DNA of 64,000 nucleotides, taken from positions 32,001-96,000 of the IMG/VR virus record IMGVR_UViG_3300033072_001172; one strand, written 5' to 3'. The stretch is from a virus (Duplodnaviria; Caudoviricetes). A program made the position numbers and the translations under genes. The notes under the pieces are model-generated. The model ran no database searches, was not told where the DNA came from, and was given only the letters and a program-made list of their open reading frames with translations. Within the stretch, counting starts at the first letter, position 1. Every line of letters starts with the position of its first letter. Shown in pieces: positions 1 to 8,400 of this stretch.

Positions 1-41
1 TGGTGTAGGCGGAAAGTAGAAGTAATCCGCGGGAGTCGGTT

Positions 42-1895
42 ATGTCGATGGGTCCTGGTTCTTCCAATGCCGGTGGTGCGCTCGGCGGTCTCGGTAACGA
101 TCCGCAGCTGCTCGACGCGTCACGTGCGTATCCGCACCAGTTTTTCTCGATCAGCGACAAGTACATCCCCAACACGATGAAGGAGCTGTTCCGTTGGGCG
201 ATGTACATCTACTCGACCAACGGGTCAGTCAACCAGACCATCCGAAAGATGGCGGGCTACGTGACTACGGAGCTCGTCTACAACGACGCCGACAGCAAGG
301 TCGTCGACAACTGGAAGAACATCTTCAAGATTGTCGAGTACACACGTTTTGAGAAGTTGATGCTGCTCGACTACTTCACGTACGGCAACGCGTTTGCCCG
401 GTTCATGTACCCGAAGCAGCGCATGCTGAAGTGCAAAAAGTGCTCGGCCGCGGAGCCCATTCACAATCTCTCGTACTCGTTTCGCAGCTTCAGATTTCAC
501 GCCAAGTGCCCGAAGTGCTCGTACGAAGGTCCGATGGACGCGTACGACCGTCCGACGCGCAATAAGTCCAGGTTCAAGCTGATCCGCATTGACCCGCGGT
601 ACATTCAGCCGATCTACGAGCCGGTCAGCGGCGAAACGGAGTTCCTGTACGCTGTGCCCCGCGCACTGGCGAACCGGATACGTGAGGGCTCCAAGAACAA
701 AGCTAGTATCCGTGTGATCCTGGAAAATGTTCCGCTGGAGGTGATCACGGCGGTGGAGAAGGGGCATTTGATCAAGTTCCCCAGCGACACCATCTATCAC
801 TTCAAATGGGATTCGATCAGCCGCGACGACAACTCGCTGGGCGAGATCCCGTTTCTCGCGGTCTTCAAGACGGTGTGGCTGTACAACACGCTGTGGCGCG
901 CCCAGGAGGCCGTCTCACTTGAACACGTGTTGCCCTGGCTGATGGTTTCGCCGGCGACAACTTCTGGCGGTGTCGATCCTATTGGCAACTTCAACATGGA
1001 AGGGTGGACGTCGTTCATGCGCGAAGCCATTCCGCGCTGGCGGCGTGACCCGAACTTCATCGCCATCGCGCCGTTTCCGGTTAACGCGGTGCAATTGCGC
1101 GGTGACGCCAAAGGTTTGGACAACTGGCAGGGTCTGCAGCATTTGCGTGAGACTATCGCCGGCGGCATGGGTATTCCGGAATCGTTCCTGTACGGTGGCG
1201 CCACGTACACCGGCCAGGCGGTTGAGCTGCGTGTGCTGGAAAACGAATTTCGAAACATCGTCAACCAGCTCGACACGTTCCTTACGGACTTCACGATACC
1301 GAAGATCATTCGGTACTTCCGGTACAAGCGCATCGACATCCATCATCAGCAGTTCAAGATGGCGGACGACGTGCAGCAACGTCAGATGCTGGTGACCCTG
1401 CACCAGTCCGGCATTGTGTCCGAGCAGACGGTCGCTTCCGAGTTCGGCCTGAACTACGCAATGGAGAAGGCGCAGATCGCCAAGGAGCTGGAAGAACGTG
1501 CCGCCCTGCAGCGAAACATCCAGCTGCGCGACGCAGAGGTTCAGGCGGAAATCCAGGTGATCATGGCCAAGGCCCAGACACGGGTGAACCAGATTCTCAC
1601 GTCGGGCGGAGCAACGGACGACAGCGAGACAGGCGACAAGAACGCGCCGTTCGGAAACCAGGGCCAGACCTTCATGACGAACCCGGACGTTCTTACCATG
1701 CAGGCCCAGAACTTCCTGCGCACCCGTTCGCCCATGGTGCGTGAGCAGGAGCTGGCGATGCTTGATCAGACGAACCCGACATACGCCAAGCGTATCCGCC
1801 AGGAAATGGAACGTGTGACTAAGTCGTCCACGAAACCGGCGGAGCTGCCTGTGCAACGTCCGCCGCGTGCGTCACCGGCACGGGCCCAGGTGTGA
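42..1895 (+). CDS. Portal protein with CxxC..CxxC zinc-ribbon insertion
   Basis: 617 aa; portal-like segments DYFTYGNAF, IYHFK, IAGGMGIPESFLYGG, GIVSEQTV; first gene of the structural block; GGAG upstream. Confidence 0.8.
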   Translation: MSMGPGSSNAGGALGGLGNDPQLLDASRAYPHQFFSISDKYIPNTMKELFRWAMYIYSTNGSVNQTIRKMAGYVTTELVYNDADSKVVDNWKNIFKIVEYTRFEKLMLLDYFTYGNAFARFMYPKQRMLKCKKCSAAEPIHNLSYSFRSFRFHAKCPKCSYEGPMDAYDRPTRNKSRFKLIRIDPRYIQPIYEPVSGETEFLYAVPRALANRIREGSKNKASIRVILENVPLEVITAVEKGHLIKFPSDTIYHFKWDSISRDDNSLGEIPFLAVFKTVWLYNTLWRAQEAVSLEHVLPWLMVSPATTSGGVDPIGNFNMEGWTSFMREAIPRWRRDPNFIAIAPFPVNAVQLRGDAKGLDNWQGLQHLRETIAGGMGIPESFLYGGATYTGQAVELRVLENEFRNIVNQLDTFLTDFTIPKIIRYFRYKRIDIHHQQFKMADDVQQRQMLVTLHQSGIVSEQTVASEFGLNYAMEKAQIAKELEERAALQRNIQLRDAEVQAEIQVIMAKAQTRVNQILTSGGATDDSETGDKNAPFGNQGQTFMTNPDVLTMQAQNFLRTRSPMVREQELAMLDQTNPTYAKRIRQEMERVTKSSTKPAELPVQRPPRASPARAQV

Positions 1896-1897
1896 TT

Positions 1898-2497
1898 ATG
1901 GCCGAGGATCGTTTCACCGAGCAGTTGTCCACAGCGCTGCCCGGCGCCAAGCCGAAAACACGGCCGCGCGGCCCGCAAACATCTGAGGCTGCGATCGAAC
2001 GGGCCCTGCGGGAGACAATGCCGGCCGCTGCCGGTGGCTCCGGTCGCCCGAGCCACCAGGTGTACGTCAACCCCCGATACAGCCTGCTGTTGCACACCGC
2101 ATGGACCAACAGCGATTCGCTGACCGGAACCAAACTGTTGTGGCAGTGGGAACGTGAGCGACGTCTCTACAATCTTGTGGCGTCACTGCACGGGACACGG
2201 TTCATGGTCGACGGGAACGATAGTCGTATGATTGTAGATAAGGACTCCAAGTTCACTGAGCAGGTGGTGAGCCTGGAGTTCATCGACTTGGCCGTGAAGT
2301 TGAAGCCAGCTGAGTTCATCACACGGGATCCGTTTGATCTGCTGGTCGAGTACGGTGTCGATTTGCCGCCGTACGTGGACCCGGAAAAACAGATCGCCGA
2401 GGTCAAGCAGGAAGTCAAGGCGATCAAAAAGACAGTGACCAGAAAAAGCGCGTCAAGATCACGTAAAAGGCCGGCCACCCGCGGCAAACGAACATGA
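1898..2497 (+). CDS. Hypothetical protein coupled to the RNAP gene
   Basis: About 200 aa with a basic C-terminal tail; its stop overlaps the RNAP start (ATGA at 2494-2497); start could be the GTG at 1892. Confidence 0.7.
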   Translation: MAEDRFTEQLSTALPGAKPKTRPRGPQTSEAAIERALRETMPAAAGGSGRPSHQVYVNPRYSLLLHTAWTNSDSLTGTKLLWQWERERRLYNLVASLHGTRFMVDGNDSRMIVDKDSKFTEQVVSLEFIDLAVKLKPAEFITRDPFDLLVEYGVDLPPYVDPEKQIAEVKQEVKAIKKTVTRKSASRSRKRPATRGKRT

Positions 2498-5400
2498 ACT
2501 ATCTTGAACGCTTCCAGCAGTACGCCGACAACATCAAGCGCCACACAGAGGCTATTTTCCCGATCGAGTCCCGGCGCAAACGGCTGGAAGTGTCGAATGT
2601 ACGGATCGAGGACGCCAGCGCCGAACGAGCACACAACTGGTCTGACTTTCAAAAGGCCAAGGAAAATGATCGCTCGTTCATGGGGCGCATCGTCGGCGAC
2701 GTCAAGCTGCTGGACAAAGCAACCGGTAACGTCCTGGAACACAAGAAGGGCTACACGCTGAACATGTTCCCGCATGTGACCGCGCTCGGGTCCTATGTGG
2801 TCAACGGGAAAGACCTGCAGGTGGTCAACCAGCTGCGCAGGCGCCCTGGCGCGTACCCGGTGATCACCGCCGACAACAACACCGTCACCAAGGTTACCGC
2901 GGCCGGGCTCAACCACGAAGCGATCCTTGACCGCGAAACCGGCCAGTTGCTGCTCAAGGTCAAGTCGAGCCACCTGAAGCTGGTGCCGCTGCTTCAGGAG
3001 TTGGGCGTCCCGCGTGCCGACCTGGAAAAGCACCTCGGTGCTGAGCTGGTCCAGAACAACCAGCCAAAAACCGGCGCCCGGTCTGAGTTGTTGCGTTTCT
3101 ACCAGCTGAACCGTCGCATTGCGCCGCCGGCCGAAGCCGCCGAACAACGCGACTCCATCATCAAGTACCTGGCGAGCAAGCGTGTTGACCCTGACGTAAC
3201 CCAGGACACGCTGGGCCACCGGCACGACCACGTGTCACCGTTGCTGTATCTGCATTCAGCGAAAGCCGCGGTTGATGTGGCCAAGGGCCACCGGCAACCG
3301 GCGGACATGGAATCCCTGGTGTACAAGTCCGTGCACTCCATTGAGGATTTCGTCGATGATTCGCTCAAAGAGGCCTACCCGCAGATGAAGCGCCGGTTGG
3401 CCTACATGATGGACCGTAAGAAGGATCTGAAGTCCTTCTTGAACGTGAACCAGCTCTCGCGCCCGATCATCAACAAGTTTGTCACGTCGGAGTTCACCCG
3501 TTTCTCGGATCAGTCGAACCCGATGGAGATTCTCGGGACCATGCACACCGTGACCAGCATGGGTGAGGGCGGCATTCAGTCGGAGCACGCGATCACGGAC
3601 GCGCTGCGCAACGTACACAACTCGCATTTTGGTTTCCTGGACCCTGTGCACACACCGGAAGGCCCGGGTATCGGCGTCATCGGCCATTTGGCCATGGGCG
3701 TGCGCAAAGTCGGAAACAAACTTGTGCGGGAAGTTTTCGACACGCACGAGAACAAGCTGGTGACGGCCAGCCCGGTCGAGATTGCCCGCGGAGGGATTGC
3801 GTTCGCGGATCAGTACAAAAAGAACCGCGCCGGTAAGATGGAGCCGATCGCGGCCAAAATCACTGCGATCACTCCGGATGGCAAGATCGATCAGGTGCAC
3901 CACTCGAAGATCCGGTACGTATTGCCCAACGCCACGGATGCCTTTTCGCTGATCACTAACGCCATTCCGTTCCTGCACGCCAACAGCGCTAACCGCATGT
4001 TGATGGCCGACCGTCACATGGAGCAGTCGGTGCCGCTCACCGAGCGTGAGGCGCCGCTGGTCCAGGCTGAACTGCACGGAACCGGCTACGACCAGCTGAT
4101 GGGGACAATCGCCGGTAAAGCTGCTGATGGACCGGGGCGGGTCAAGTCTGTGCGTGACGACCATCTTCAGGTCGTCTACGACAAAGACCCGAAGACCGTC
4201 CACAAGATTTTTTACTCTGACGCGTATCCGCTGAACGCCGGCACCGTGCTCAAGATGACGCCCGCCGTCAAACAGGGACAACGCCTGAAGAAGGGCATGA
4301 CCCTGCTGGACACCAACTTCACCAAGGATGGCGCCCTGGCGTTGGGGCGTCCGTTGGTGACGGCGCTGATGCCCTGGCGCGGTTACAGCTTTGAGGACGG
4401 TATCGTCATCAGCGAGGCGGCCGCACACAAGCTGGCCAGTGAACACCTCACAGAGCACAAGGCCGAAAAAGAGCCTGGTGTGCATGTCGGGTTCGACAAG
4501 TTGTACGCGGCGTACCCGGCGGAGCGCGAGAAGAGCACCACTCACCGGATGCCGAAAGTCGGTGACGTGGTCAAGCCCGGTCAGTTGCTCATTCCGGTTC
4601 TGCGGGAGGTCGGCATCAATCCGGACACGGACTATGCCAAGGTGCACAAGGCACTTCGGCAGCCGTACATGAACGCGTCCGTTTACTGGGATGGCGGGAC
4701 AGACGGCGTAGTCAAAAAGGTCATTCAGAACGCCGGCGTCGTCAAGGTGTACGTGGAGTCCAAAGAGCCCCTGGTGGTCGGTGACAAGCTCAGCAGTCGC
4801 GCCGGATCCAAGGGCATCGTCACGCACATCATACCGATGGACCAGATGCCACGTACCAAAGACGGGCAGCCCATCGACGTGCTGTTCAACCCCTACGGCG
4901 TGCCCGGGCGCGTGAATCCGACGTTTCTCTTTGAGAACGCAGCCAGCAAGATTGCGCGCAAGACCGGCAAGCCTTATCTGTTTCCGGCGTTCGACACCAC
5001 GAACAGTGTTGCAGAACGCCTGCAGAAAGATCTCAAGCAGCACGGTCTCTCCGACACGGAGACTGTGGTTGACCCGACGCATAACGAAGAGCACAAGAAC
5101 GTCATGGTCGGGGAGAACTACTGGCTGAAACTCCGTCATCAAGTGAAGAAGAAATGGGCGGCGCGCTCGCATGAAGGGCCGTACACCGTGGACGAGCGTC
5201 CTGTCCGTGGCGGCCACGAATCCGCCCAGGGCATCGGCCCTCTGGATCTCTACGCCTTGTTGTCCAACGGCTACACCAACTTCCTGCACGATGTGTCGGG
5301 CATAAAATCCACGAAGAACACAGACTACTGGGCCGCTTTCCAGCTTGGAGTGCCCACACCGCCGCCGAAGCGGCCGTTCATCCTGGACAAGTTCGAAACG

Positions 5401-8400
5401 TACCTGCAGGGTGCCGGTATCAACGTGCAACGGCAAGGCGACACGTTGAAGGCAAGTCCGTTTACGGACAAGGATATCAAGCAGCGCTCTAACGGTGCGA
5501 TCACGGCGCCGCAAGTGTTCCGTGTCGGTAAGTCCGGGCTGCTGCCTGAACGTGGCGGCTTGTTTGACCCGGAAACAACGGGCGGTCATGGCGGCACACA
5601 CTGGAACCACATTGAGCTGGCGGAACGCGTGCTGAACCCGTTGTACGAACAACCGGTGAAAGCCATTACAGGCATGGCCATGAAGGATCTTGAGGCCATT
5701 CTGGAAGGCCGGAAGCTCGTCGACAACAGGACGGGCGGCGAAGCTATTGCGCACATACTCGGCAAGATCGATGTCAAACAGGAGTTGAAGGACACCAGCG
5801 CCGCCCTGAAGGATGCGCCGGCGTCCAAGCGCGACGGCATGTTGCGAAAACTGCGGTACCTGGCTGCTCTGGATAAACTGGGGATGTCGCCGGTTGAGGC
5901 CTACACCAACAAGACGATTCCTGTGATCCCGGCAAAGTACCGGCCGGTGTACGATCTCCCCGACGGCTCGCTCAACGTCAGCGACGTCAACCACGGGTAT
6001 CGTGAAGTTCTCATGATCAACCGTGAGCTGGAAAAGCTCAAGCAGCAGGGCGTGTCCCACGAGCACCTGGCCGGTCTGCGCGAGGGTCTCTACAAGGCGT
6101 ACTCAGGCCTTGTCGGCCTGACTGAGCCCGTGACCCGTTCCGGACACTTCAAAGGATTCATCAGCCAGATCGCCGGTAATCAGAACAAACACGGCCTGTA
6201 CCAGGCCAAGGTTGTCATGCGCCGCCAGGATCTTTCCGGGCGGTCAGCCATCATCAACGGGCCGCATCTCGGCATGGACGAGGTCGGCATTCCGGAGCGC
6301 ATGGCGCGTGACCTGTACAAACCGTATCTGGTGCGGTCCCTGGTAAACCTGGCCGGTCTCAAGCCGGCGGACGCACGCAAAGAAGTCGAGACAGGGTCGG
6401 CGCGAGTGAACTCGTTGCTGGACTCGGAGATGAAACAGCGACCCGTGCTGCTGAACCGTGCACCGGCCCTGCACAAGTTTTCCGAAGTAGCGCTCATTCC
6501 GCATCGCGTGCCCGGTGACGCCATTCATCTGAATCCACTGGTGTTCGGTGGCCTCAACGCCGATGTGGACGGCGACGCGTGCTTCAATTACACGTTTCTA
6601 GCCGTACCACCGTACTTGACTAAACACGAATCTCTTGCAGAATGGGTCCTTCATCATCAGGTGGAAGGGCCTATGGCGGCAAGAATTCGAGAGTCAGTAG
6701 CCTACCTTGACAAAAACGACACCTTGGTCGTCTGTGACCTTGAGGACTTCCCACGCAGCGAGATTGTGGGCCGCAAGGATCACCGCACTTTCTTCTCGGT
6801 GCCACCAGGCATCCGGGCGATCGCAATCGACGAGAAGACCGGTACGATGGTCGCCGCCCCGGTTCAATACTGGTCACGCCACGAAAACATCCAGGTTGAG
6901 ATCGTTACCCTGACCAGTGGCAAACAGATCATCAGCGACGATGATGAACGTGCCGTTTACGGGGTTGACTCTTCGTCGCTTCAATGGTGCCGTCGCAGAC
7001 CGACTGAGGCCAAGAACCAGCTTGTTCCGGTACTGAGCAATTTGCCTGTCGATCGCTCAGTGGTTATGGCCGTGAACTGGCGGGACCAGACCGAAGGCCG
7101 AAAGCTGGACCTGAGCACGAAGCTGGAGTTGACGAGCAAGGCTGGTTACTTTGTCGGTGCGCACATCGGCGATGGATGGGCTACGAGTAGCAGACCGAAC
7201 GGCACCCCAAACCAAGTACATCTCGCTTCTATCTACCCTGAAGTCACGGAAGCTTGGGTAGCTGCTGCGGCGACACTGTTCGTTGACGGTGAGCGCCCTC
7301 ACATGCATTCCGTCGATGTTTACGGCGGCAAGCTTGGTAGCAATCCTGATGGGGCAACGACACGACACACGATCAGCCATACTGGTTTGGCCTCGAAGAT
7401 GCGTGTACTTGTCGGCCATGGTGCCGCCAACAAGCATCTTCCGCCGTTCTTCTTCCGGGCTCCGGACGAGTTCCTGCTTGGCATGTTGGCCGGGCTGTGG
7501 GACACCGACGGCACTGCGTACTGGAGCAACAGCAAGAAGAAGCCGCAGTTCGCGTTCACCTACCAGTCGAATAGCTTGCGGCTGGTCAGAGAAATCAAAA
7601 TCGTGATGCTCCTGCTGGGAGTAGAGACACACATCGTTGCGACGAAAACACCAAAGGGGGAACCCACTTGGGTTCTTCAGACGTCCCTTCCGTCTCTGCA
7701 CAAGGCGGGGCTGGATCTGCCACTGAAGCACCAGGCCAAGTTGCGGGCTTTCCGTGAGTTCATGGACGGACCGGCCCCCGCGACCAAGAACAGCTACAGT
7801 CAAAAACGCCTCGTTCCGTTGCCGCAGGCATTGTCCGAAGAACTGGCCAAGTTCTTTTCAAACGGCAGCCGCGGGCAGAAAATGGCCAGCGAGTACGTCG
7901 TATTGCGGCGTGATGGTAAGCGCGGGCACATGACCAAAGAAACTGCCCGCAAGGTTATCGAGGTGGTGGGGGACCGTTGCAACCACCCTCTCTACCCACG
8001 CTGGCGCGAGCTGGTTGAGGCCGAGCATTATCACTTTGAGGCAGTTACCAAGGTCGAGGTAACGGACATTCCGGAAACGGGCTACGATCTTACGGTGCCC
8101 GGCCACGAAACTTTCCTGTCACTCGATGGTGTCGTGCTCTCGAATACCGTCGGTGTTCACATACCGCACTCGGAACTGGCGCGCGAGGAGTTGTTGAAGA
8201 ATCTGCCGAGCCGCAACATCATGTCGCCGAAATCGGGCGACGTGCAGCACAGCGTCGGCAAAGAGGCCACGCTCGGGCTGTACATGATGACCACGCCGCA
8301 TCGCAATCAGGAAACAGTCTCGGTCAAGAGTCCGGGCGAGGCCGTTGAGAAATACCAGCAGAAAAAGATTCAGCTCAACACTCCGCTGCATGTCGCGGGG

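Noticed and set aside
3256-6066. 936-aa minus-strand ORF, and similar long antisense ORFs at 8119-10008, 26073-27722 and 50604-51737
   Set aside because: Shadow frames of strongly codon-biased GC-rich genes; no motifs or RBS
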